From assembly GCA_045638055.1 (NCBI GenBank), contig JAZUAR010000070.1, forward strand, positions 1 to 41,797: a DNA stretch of 41,797 nt. The letters run 5' to 3'. Of the stretch, positions 35,082-41,797 are shown piece after piece. Under the pieces are notes generated by a model. It did not search any database, was not told where the DNA came from, and was given only the letters and a program-made list of their open reading frames with translations. Source of the DNA: Candidatus Avispirillum sp. GTDB lineage: Bacteria; Bacillota; Clostridia; Oscillospirales; CAG-272. The translations under genes were made by a program, and so were the position numbers. How positions within the stretch are numbered: position 1 is the stretch's first letter; each line of letters opens with the position of its first letter.

Positions 35082-36014
35082 TTAATAACCCATCAGTTCG
35101 TCGCATCCGAAGGGCTTTGCGATCTCCTCGGAAACGTATACGTCGCAGTCCATAAGCTGGAGGATAGAGGAAGGAACAAGGGGTGTTACCTCTCCGTAAA
35201 GAACGAGACGGGAGATCATTCTCTGCCATGCGGAATATGTGCCCATGGTTGTGATGGAATGCATCTCAAAGCGGTTCTTGGAGTTCTTTACGTCAACGGG
35301 TCCGATAGTAAACGCCTTGGGAGGAACGTTTGCAATATCACCGGAGCAGCCGAAGCAGCCGTGGAGAGAGTTCTGCATAATTGTCATAGGATGGAGAGTT
35401 ACGATTCTCGCCTCCATCTCAAGATATTCCTCAATGGGAGGACAGCCGAACTCAGGTGTGCAGGGGTCGATAAATGCAATATGGCCTGCCCAGCCGGGAC
35501 CGGAATAACAGATATCCGCACCGCCGTCGCCAACCTCTGCGATAAGCTTGGAATAGTATTTTGCATTCTCGTTTGTGGGATAATGCATCTGCTCGATGGG
35601 AGGACGGAGATCCTTACGGATAGAGCCGTAGAAATACTTCATATTGGAATGAGCAAAGCCCGCCTTGTAATCGAGGGGAGCAATGTTGCCATCCTGGTCT
35701 GCCCACTCGTCCATCATAAATACGTGGAGATTACGGCAGTTAACGTTCATTCTGTTGATGGTTTCCGCTACCTGCATATAGTCAACGGGACAGGGGTTGG
35801 GGAGGATCATTACGCACTTCTTATCAAGAAGGTCACTCTCAACGATTCTGGCTATCATATCGCCAAGCCAGATACCGCCAACAGCGGGAGTTACGTGAAT
35901 ACGGAAATTGGGATTAGGATGCTTTTCCATATCCTCGCGCTTTATATTTCTGCATTTTTCAAGAACTTCCTTATTTCTGTAAGGAACGTAATCAGCAGGA
36001 TCAAATTTAAACAT
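35082..36014 (-). CDS. Glucosamine-6-phosphate deaminase/isomerase (NagB) superfamily protein, atypical 310-aa form; copy 2
   Basis: NagB-like blocks appear in order: FMMDEW (the DEY/DER block), ADICYSGPGWAGHIAFIDP (GIGxNGHIaFNEP-like), VPPKAFTIG, and LVPSSILQL (PASiLQ-like). Confidence 0.65.
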   Translation of the reverse strand: MFKFDPADYVPYRNKEVLEKCRNIKREDMEKHPNPNFRIHVTPAVGGIWLGDMIARIVESDLLDKKCVMILPNPCPVDYMQVAETINRMNVNCRNLHVFMMDEWADQDGNIAPLDYKAGFAHSNMKYFYGSIRKDLRPPIEQMHYPTNENAKYYSKLIAEVGDGGADICYSGPGWAGHIAFIDPCTPEFGCPPIEEYLEMEARIVTLHPMTIMQNSLHGCFGCSGDIANVPPKAFTIGPVDVKNSKNRFEMHSITTMGTYSAWQRMISRLVLYGEVTPLVPSSILQLMDCDVYVSEEIAKPFGCDELMGY

Positions 36015-36032
36015 AATCTTATCTCCCTTCTA

Positions 36033-36965
36033 TTAATAACCAACAAGCTCTTCGCAGCCGAAAGGAGCAGCAATAGCTTCGGTAACGTATACGTCAGTAT
36101 CCATAAGCTGAAGAATGGATGAGGGTACCAGGGGTGTTACCTCTCCGTAAAGGATAAGACGGGATGTCATTCTGATCCATGAGGAATATGTTCCCATAGT
36201 AGTCAGATCGTGCATTTCAAGGCGGTTCTTTGAATTCTTAACGTCGCGGGGACCGATTGTAAAGGCCTTGGGAGGAACTGCGGCAATATCGCCTGACCAG
36301 CCAAAGCAGCCGTGGAGAGAGTTCTGCATAACGGTCATGGGGTTGAGTGTTACGATTCTCGCGCCCATATTAAGGTATTCCTCGATGGGAGGACAGCCGA
36401 ACTCAGGTGTGCAGGGGTCGATAAATGCGATGTGTCCTGTCCAGCCGGGACCGGAATAGCAGATATCAGCGCCGCCGTTACCGCACTCCTCGATCATATC
36501 GGAGTAGCAGTTAACGTTTTCGTTTGTGGGATAATGAACCTGGCTGAGAGGCGGTCTCAGATCTTCTCTTATCGCCATATAGAAATAGGTCATATTGCTG
36601 TGAGCAAAGCCTGCCTTATAATCAAGGGGCGCGATATTTCCGTCTGCATCTGCCCACTCGTCCATCATAAAGATATGAAGGTTACGACAGTTGATATTCA
36701 GCTTATTGATGTTCTCTGCAACTGCCAAGTAGATCGTGGGACAGGGATTGGGAAGGATCATAACGCACTTCTCGTTGAGAATGTCAGAACGCATGATTCT
36801 TGTTACCATATCGCCGACCCAGATTCCCTCGCAGGAAGGAACTATTTTGATACGGAAATTGGGATTAGGATGCTTTTCCATATCCTCGCGCTTAATGTTT
36901 CTGCACTTTTCAAGAATTTCCTTATTCTTATAAGGAACGAAAGGTGCGGGATCGAACTGGAACAT
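36033..36965 (-). CDS. Glucosamine-6-phosphate deaminase/isomerase (NagB) superfamily protein, atypical 310-aa form; copy 1
   Basis: It has the same blocks as 35082..36014 and is about four-fifths identical to it by eye. The length is the same and an AAGGAGA RBS is present. Confidence 0.65.
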   Translation of the reverse strand: MFQFDPAPFVPYKNKEILEKCRNIKREDMEKHPNPNFRIKIVPSCEGIWVGDMVTRIMRSDILNEKCVMILPNPCPTIYLAVAENINKLNINCRNLHIFMMDEWADADGNIAPLDYKAGFAHSNMTYFYMAIREDLRPPLSQVHYPTNENVNCYSDMIEECGNGGADICYSGPGWTGHIAFIDPCTPEFGCPPIEEYLNMGARIVTLNPMTVMQNSLHGCFGWSGDIAAVPPKAFTIGPRDVKNSKNRLEMHDLTTMGTYSSWIRMTSRLILYGEVTPLVPSSILQLMDTDVYVTEAIAAPFGCEELVGY

Positions 36966-36983
36966 AATTTATCTCCTTATGTT

Positions 36984-38300
36984 TTAATATTCATCACTGG
37001 GTGTCAGGATCTTCTTTACTGCCGCTGAGGTAATTTTACCCGAAGAGGCAAGGATCGCAGCTCCGAGAGAGCCGGTTTCCGCAATAGAGAGGATCTCAAC
37101 GTTTGTTTTACTGATTCGGGAAAGGATCTTACACCAGATCTCGCTTTTTGCGCCGCCGCCAAATACCTTGAGGCACTCAGCTCCGCCAAGCTCCGTAACG
37201 GCATTTGCAATGTCCTCAGAAACGCCCTCATAAAGAGCGTATACGATATCCGAGGAAGTTGTTGAGAGGGTTATTCCCGAAATAACACCGCCGACGGAAA
37301 GGTCTGACTTGAACTTAACTCCGTTTGCACCGGGCTCGCTGAGCAGAGCAAGCTTATCCATTTCCTTGTAGGAAATGCCGCCGTAAAGAGTTCTTGTAAG
37401 CCAGCGGAGAGCCGCTCCCGTAGTCATAAGAGCAACCTCGGAAATATAGCTTTCATCGTCAAAGCGGAAAAGTGTATTAGTACTGTTTTCTTTATATTCA
37501 AAGGCCTTACCGAGCCTTGAGATCGCAGTTGCAGTACCAAAGGAAACTGTGCAGACGCCATCAGCAATACCTGCACCGATAGCCGCAAGCTTCTGGTCCT
37601 GACCGCCCATATATACGTGGCAGTCACCTGTAATACCTACCTCTTTTGCAACCTCGGGAAGGAGAGGTCCGATATCGGCTCCCATGGGGAGAACGTCGGG
37701 CAGAAGGGATTTATCGATTCGTGCAAAGCTGACAAGCTCATCGTGCCAGCATTTCTCGTGTATATCGTAAAGCATGGTGCCGCCTGCTATCGTATAGTCC
37801 GTTACAGCCTTGCCGCACAGCTTTAAATTCAGATAATCAAGGGGGAAAAGGATCTTATAGGTCTTCTCGATAACCTCGGGGCAGTTATCCGAAAACCAAC
37901 GGATCTTCGACAAAGAATAGTCGCACAGACAGGGCTTGCCTGTGATATTGAACACCCTTTCGTCGCCAAAAAGCTCCCGAAGCTCATCGCATTCCTTTTC
38001 AGCTCTCATATCAAGCCAGCTGATGGCGTTATAAAGAGTGTTTCCCTCGGTGTCCACGGGAACGAAGGAGATACCCTGAGTGCTGACGGAAATACCCTCG
38101 ATTTCAGAAACACCGCTTTCAGAAACAACGTGCTTCATACCTTCGAGAACAAGGCGCCACCAATCGTTTGCATCCTGCTCAACAAAGGTGCCCTTGAAAA
38201 TAAGCTCGTACTCCTTATTAAACTCGCAAACTACGTTTCCATCGATGTCAAAAAGAACGGTTTTTGCGCCCGTTGTACCGAGATCTATACCAATATACAT
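36984..38300 (-). CDS. FGGY-family carbohydrate kinase (xylulokinase/glycerol kinase-like)
   Basis: It has MYIGIDLGTTGAKTVLFD (the actin-fold phosphate-1 motif) and C-terminal GGGAKS. Its length is 438 aa. Confidence 0.85.
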   Translation of the reverse strand: MYIGIDLGTTGAKTVLFDIDGNVVCEFNKEYELIFKGTFVEQDANDWWRLVLEGMKHVVSESGVSEIEGISVSTQGISFVPVDTEGNTLYNAISWLDMRAEKECDELRELFGDERVFNITGKPCLCDYSLSKIRWFSDNCPEVIEKTYKILFPLDYLNLKLCGKAVTDYTIAGGTMLYDIHEKCWHDELVSFARIDKSLLPDVLPMGADIGPLLPEVAKEVGITGDCHVYMGGQDQKLAAIGAGIADGVCTVSFGTATAISRLGKAFEYKENSTNTLFRFDDESYISEVALMTTGAALRWLTRTLYGGISYKEMDKLALLSEPGANGVKFKSDLSVGGVISGITLSTTSSDIVYALYEGVSEDIANAVTELGGAECLKVFGGGAKSEIWCKILSRISKTNVEILSIAETGSLGAAILASSGKITSAAVKKILTPSDEY

Positions 38301-38329
38301 ACACTTACCCCATTCTTGTATTTAAACCT

Positions 38330-38358
38330 ATTATAAATAGAAAAGCGCTGTTTGTCAA
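38330..38358 (-). promoter_or_regulatory. Consensus sigma-A promoter of the nine-gene operon
   Basis: The minus strand reads TTGACA-17 nt-TATAAT, a perfect match to both hexamers. It lies about 30 nt upstream of the ATG at 38300. Confidence 0.7.
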
Positions 38359-38381
38359 TGAAAATTGCAACAAACAACGCT
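38336..38381 (-). terminator. Probable rho-independent terminator of tmcAL, overlapping the downstream promoter
   Basis: A 12-bp stem, agcgctgtttgt (38344-38355) paired with acaaacaacgct (38370-38381), has one C.A mismatch. On the minus strand TTTTCTATTT follows it. The -35 hexamer of the next promoter lies partly in the stem arm and partly in the loop. Confidence 0.5.
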
Positions 38382-38407
38382 TATTTTTGTAACTTTTTTG
38401 TGCATTT

Positions 38408-39469
38408 TTACCGAGTTATCACAGGTCGTGATTTCAGGTAAAATGCAGGGTCCTCTCTCTTCTCACAGAGGGCATAGACAGTATCTGCGAAATCTGCAAG
38501 GTCTGCCTGTTTTCTTGCATTTTCCGAAAGAAGCTTCTTTTCGGAATGGTTGGTTATGATGGGGAATTCGCTGTCCTTTCTGATAGAAGCAAGGTACTCT
38601 CTTCCCTTCTCATTTGCAGCAAGAAGCCTTGTGAAAAGGACGTCGCTTTTCAGCTCATCAGGGGTAACTGAGGTCAGAGCAAACAGCGCCGCGCGACGAA
38701 GGCGGGCATTGGTATACTGCTTTGTTTTTATCTTTTCAAGCCACTTTTCGGCACTTCCCTCGCTGAATGCGGTGTTATAAAGGCGCTCAAAGACGCCTCC
38801 TGTGCATTCTGCACAGTCCTTGCCTGCAGCTCTCAGAGTTCTGAAATGATCATATTCAAGGCGGAAAAGCTCGGCAGGGTCAAGCATATCGCTGCCCTCA
38901 ATTCCAACCGATCTTTTTCTGATAGATGATGCGCTTTCCGCGCTGATGCGCTTTATTGCAACAGTATCTATTTTGGCTCTTCTGCAATATTCCGCACCGA
39001 GAATATCATTTGGCGAGCCAAGAAGAGATTCGGGAAGGTCGGGTGCAAGCTCTCTTAAAATATCCGCTCTCATTGCGGCAGATCTGCCCACCGTCATTTT
39101 CTTTTCGTATTCCTCGCTGTTAAGGACCTCGCCGGATCTTTTGAGGGCTTCAATATCGCCGCATTCGCTGCCAAAGCAAAGTACGTCAGCTCCCACAGCC
39201 TCTGCAATTCTCACGCCGTTTTTTGCAAAATATTCGGCGCTTGAGGCACTGTAAGGAAAAGGAAGCTCAAGAACAAGGTCTGCTCCCGCACCGAGTGCTG
39301 CCTCTGCTCTTTTATATTTATTATAAACGGCGCTCTCGCCTCTCTGAACGAAATTACCGCTCATTATCGCTATAAGAATATCTCCGTGCTCCCTCGCCTT
39401 TTGGAAAACGTATCTGTGTCCGTCGTGCAGAGGATTCAATTCACATATAACTGCTGAAATTCTTTTCAT
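38408..39469 (-). CDS. tmcAL: tRNA(Met) cytidine acetate ligase (YlbM/UPF0348 nucleotidyltransferase family)
   Basis: ICELNPLHDGHRYVFQKA...IMSGNFVQRGESAV...GADLVLELPFPYS...CFGSECGDI closely parallels B. subtilis YlbM (EYNPFHNGH, MSGHFLQRGEPA, ELPY, FGSENGD). Confidence 0.8.
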   Translation of the reverse strand: MKRISAVICELNPLHDGHRYVFQKAREHGDILIAIMSGNFVQRGESAVYNKYKRAEAALGAGADLVLELPFPYSASSAEYFAKNGVRIAEAVGADVLCFGSECGDIEALKRSGEVLNSEEYEKKMTVGRSAAMRADILRELAPDLPESLLGSPNDILGAEYCRRAKIDTVAIKRISAESASSIRKRSVGIEGSDMLDPAELFRLEYDHFRTLRAAGKDCAECTGGVFERLYNTAFSEGSAEKWLEKIKTKQYTNARLRRAALFALTSVTPDELKSDVLFTRLLAANEKGREYLASIRKDSEFPIITNHSEKKLLSENARKQADLADFADTVYALCEKREDPAFYLKSRPVITR

Positions 39470-39493
39470 TTTAAAAATATTCCCTAAAAACTA

Positions 39494-39522
39494 TTGTATT
39501 TGGAAAAAAATTGATATATAAT
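39494..39522 (+). promoter_or_regulatory. Candidate sigma-A promoter of ackA
   Basis: TTGTAT-17 nt-TATAAT on the plus strand. It predicts a leader of about 85 nt. Confidence 0.5.
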
Positions 39523-39614
39523 CATATTTGTGTGTTTATAGTGTTTTTATTGTAACCTATTAAGCACCGATTGTCAAATAATTAATTTTTTCTTTTGAAA
39601 GGAATATGATAAAA

Positions 39615-40817
39615 ATGAAGGTTCTTGTTGTAAACGCAGGTAGCTCTTCCCTTAAGTATCAGCTTTTCGACACATCCACAGAGGCAGTTCTCGCTAAGGG
39701 TCTTTGCGAGAGAATCGGTCTTGACGGCGCTATCGAGCACAAGCTCGCAAACGGCGATAAGATCAAGAAGGAGATCGCAATGCCCGACCACGCAGTGGCT
39801 ACAAGCATCGTTATCGATTACCTCACAGATAAGGAATTCGGCTGCATCGCTGATATGTCCGAGATCGAGGCTGTTGGTCACAGAGTAGTACACGGCGGTA
39901 CATACTTCTCCGAGTCCGTACTCGTAACTGACGACGTTATCGCAAAGCTCGAAAATTGCGTTGACCTCGCTCCCCTCCACACACCTCCTCACCTTATGGG
40001 TATCGCAGGCTGCACAAAGGCTATGCCCGGCGTTCCCCAGGTTCTCGTATTCGACACAGCTTTCCATCAGTCCATGGCTCCTCAGGCATACACATACGCT
40101 CTTCCCTATGAGATGTGCCAGGAGTACTCCATCCGCCGCTTCGGTGCTCACGGTACAAGCCACCGCTTCGTAGCAGCTGAGATGTGCAAGATCCTCGGTA
40201 AGACTGAGGGCACAAAGATCGTAACATGCCACATCGGTAACGGTTCCTCCATCACTGCTGTTAAGGACGGCAAGTGCGTTGATACATCCATGGGTATGAC
40301 TCCCCTTGCAGGTATCATGATGGGTACACGCTGCGGTGATATCGACCCCGCTGTTGTTACTTACGTTATGAAGAAGACAGGCATGACTCCTGACGAAATG
40401 AGCGACTTCATGAACAAGAAGTGCGGCTTTGCAGGTCTCTCCGGTATTTCCCCCGACAGCCGCGATATCGAGGCTGCTATCCTTGAGGGCAACGAGAGAG
40501 CTTACCTCACAGCTACAACTCTCGCATACCAGATCAAGAAGTATATCGGCTCCTATGCAGCTGCAATGAACGGCCTTGATGCAGTTGTATTCACAGCAGG
40601 TATGGGTGAGAACAACGTTGAGCTTCGTGAGAGAGTTTGCGCAGATATGGAATTCTACGGCATCAAGCTCGACAAGGAGGCTAACGCTAAGGGTCACCAC
40701 CAGTCTGACATCCTTGAGCTTTCCACTCCCGATTCCAAGTGCAAGGTTTACCTTATCCCCACAAACGAGGAGCTTATGATCGCTCGCGATACAGAGGCAC
40801 TTGTTTCTGCACTTTAA
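39615..40817 (+). CDS. ackA: Acetate kinase
   Basis: MKVLVVNAGSSSLKYQLFD, HRVVHGG, FDTAFHQ, RRFGAHGTSH and EELMIARDT are canonical AckA motifs. An in-frame ATG at 39606 is also possible. Codon usage is strongly C-ending. Confidence 0.95.
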   Translation: MKVLVVNAGSSSLKYQLFDTSTEAVLAKGLCERIGLDGAIEHKLANGDKIKKEIAMPDHAVATSIVIDYLTDKEFGCIADMSEIEAVGHRVVHGGTYFSESVLVTDDVIAKLENCVDLAPLHTPPHLMGIAGCTKAMPGVPQVLVFDTAFHQSMAPQAYTYALPYEMCQEYSIRRFGAHGTSHRFVAAEMCKILGKTEGTKIVTCHIGNGSSITAVKDGKCVDTSMGMTPLAGIMMGTRCGDIDPAVVTYVMKKTGMTPDEMSDFMNKKCGFAGLSGISPDSRDIEAAILEGNERAYLTATTLAYQIKKYIGSYAAAMNGLDAVVFTAGMGENNVELRERVCADMEFYGIKLDKEANAKGHHQSDILELSTPDSKCKVYLIPTNEELMIARDTEALVSAL

Positions 40818-40830
40818 TTAAAAAACAAAT

Positions 40831-40858
40831 AAGGGCATCCTCAGGGGTGCCCTTTGTT
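40831..40858 (+). terminator. Possible (weak) terminator or attenuating hairpin after ackA
   Basis: gggcatcc (40833-40840) pairs with gggtgccc (40845-52), including one G.U pair, with loop tcag. Only TTTGTT follows, and the next gene's RBS and start come within 20 nt. Confidence 0.4.
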
Positions 40859-40871
40859 AAATGAGGTAAAT

Positions 40872-41726
40872 ATGAAAAAACAGTTCCCCAGAACAGAGGT
40901 CGGCGGCATTTCCCTTTCAAGAATGATCATCGGAACAAACTGGGTTGCAGGCTACAGCCACCGCACCCCCTCTGCCGACAATATGATCAAAAACAGATAC
41001 AGACAGCCCGAGTCTATGATTCCTATGTTCGAGACGTTCCTTGAGCATGGAATAGATACAGTTATGGCACCCTACGATCAGGCTCCCCATATCTACGAGG
41101 CTGTTAAGCTTACAGAGGAAAAGACAGGAAAGCCCATGATAATGGTAGATACTCCCGTTATCAACGTTGAGGACTCCGCTGAGGGTCGCCGCGAGGCTGA
41201 AAAGGCGATCAAGCAGAGCGCTGAGCGCGGTGCTAAGCTTTGCCTTATCCACCACTACTCTGCAGAGCAGCTTGTATGCAAGCAAAGAAGAAGCATCGAC
41301 AGAATCGATGACTATACAAAAATGATCCGCGATGCAGGTATGATCCCCGGACTATCTGCTCATATGCCCGAGCTCGTTATCTACTCCGACGAGAACGGCT
41401 ACGACGTGGAGACCTATATTCAGATCTACAACTGCATGGGATTCCTTATGCAGGTTGAGGTGGAGGCGGTAAACTCCATTATCAGAGGCGCAAAGAAGCC
41501 TGTTATGACAATCAAGTCTATGGCCGCAGGAAGAACCACTCCCTTTGTCGGTCTTAACTTCAACTGGGCAACCATCCGTGACTGCGATATGGTAACCGTT
41601 GGCTGCTTCTCCGAGGAGGAAGCACGGGAGGATATCGAGATATCCTTTGCCGCCCTCGAGCGCCGCGCACCCGACATTGCAGGCCGTTCAAGCCCCGCAA
41701 AGAACCAGGCGGTTCTTAAAAAGTGA
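40872..41726 (+). CDS. Hypothetical protein (possible TIM-barrel enzyme; family not recognised)
   Basis: A 284-aa protein from the ATG at 40872 (GAGG lies 5 nt upstream). The N-terminus RTEVGGISLSRMIIGTNW is reminiscent of the AKR-type 'lG.tgl.vS.lglGt' opening, but the rest does not match AKR motifs. There is no TM helix or signal peptide. Confidence 0.45.
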   Translation: MKKQFPRTEVGGISLSRMIIGTNWVAGYSHRTPSADNMIKNRYRQPESMIPMFETFLEHGIDTVMAPYDQAPHIYEAVKLTEEKTGKPMIMVDTPVINVEDSAEGRREAEKAIKQSAERGAKLCLIHHYSAEQLVCKQRRSIDRIDDYTKMIRDAGMIPGLSAHMPELVIYSDENGYDVETYIQIYNCMGFLMQVEVEAVNSIIRGAKKPVMTIKSMAAGRTTPFVGLNFNWATIRDCDMVTVGCFSEEEAREDIEISFAALERRAPDIAGRSSPAKNQAVLKK

Positions 41727-41736
41727 TTTACGCAAA

Positions 41737-41758
41737 GGACTTTTTTGTAAAAAAGTCC
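41737..41758 (+). terminator. Hairpin after the last gene (possible terminator)
   Basis: ggactttttt (41737-41746) pairs with aaaaaagtcc (41749-41758). No clean T-tract follows on the plus strand. Confidence 0.3.
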
Positions 41759-41797
41759 TCTGCACTCCCAAAAAACTTCAAAAAAAGAATGGCTAAG

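Noticed and set aside
39560-39580. Possible CcpA cre site in the ackA leader (ttaagcaccgattgtcaa).
   Set aside because: It does not fit the cre consensus WTGNAANCGNWNNCW. It lacks the TG at the required position and has no dyad symmetry.
1-41797. Search for CRISPR arrays, tRNA/rRNA genes, IS elements, integrases, toxin-antitoxin pairs, phage or defence-system genes.
   Set aside because: I found no direct-repeat/spacer periodicity, no cloverleaf-like or rRNA-like non-coding stretch (all intergenic regions are under ~210 nt), and no transposase, integrase or nuclease-helicase-type ORFs. The window is essentially core metabolism plus the two accessory-looking loci described above.

Overview
This window is a chromosomal segment from a spore-forming, anaerobic Firmicute, Clostridia-like. 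That call rests on a yabM-mazG-yabO-yabP-yabQ-divIC synteny block, an Rnf complex, a ferredoxin-dependent 2-oxoacid oxidoreductase and low-to-mid GC. Coding density is very high and most genes lie on the minus strand. From left to right I read the following. (1) rnfCDGEAB (rnfB is cut by the window edge), preceded with almost no gap by two paralogous cytoplasmic GH43-like genes. (2) A roughly 15 kb co-directional housekeeping string: cdaA-cdaR-FAD protein-recJ-relA-dtd-hemZ-like-P-loop kinase-MOP flippase-mazG-hup-yabO(rqcP)-yabP-yabQ-divIC. (3) A plus-strand operon of an uncharacterised P-loop NTPase plus a four-subunit (delta-alpha-beta-gamma) 2-oxoacid:ferredoxin oxidoreductase. (4) Two lipoprotein genes of unknown function that share a near-identical RBS and signal-peptide module; one of them is visibly AT-rich. 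(5) A tight nine-gene operon mixing amino-sugar-type enzymes (FGGY kinase, two tandem NagB-like genes, a NagA-like gene) with a ceramidase-like amidase, an SDR, an HpcH-type aldolase, an aldo/keto reductase and a Gfo/Idh/MocA oxidoreductase. It has no transporter or regulator. (6) tmcAL, ackA and an unassigned 284-aa protein. I saw no rRNA, tRNA, CRISPR array, transposase, integrase or phage genes. The most interesting items are the orphan catabolic operon, the lipoprotein pair, an RnfG with a long acidic ETT-repeat tail, the P-loop gene attached to the oxidoreductase operon, and cdaA-cdaR followed by an FAD protein instead of glmM. All functional calls come from motif recognition by eye; no searches were run.
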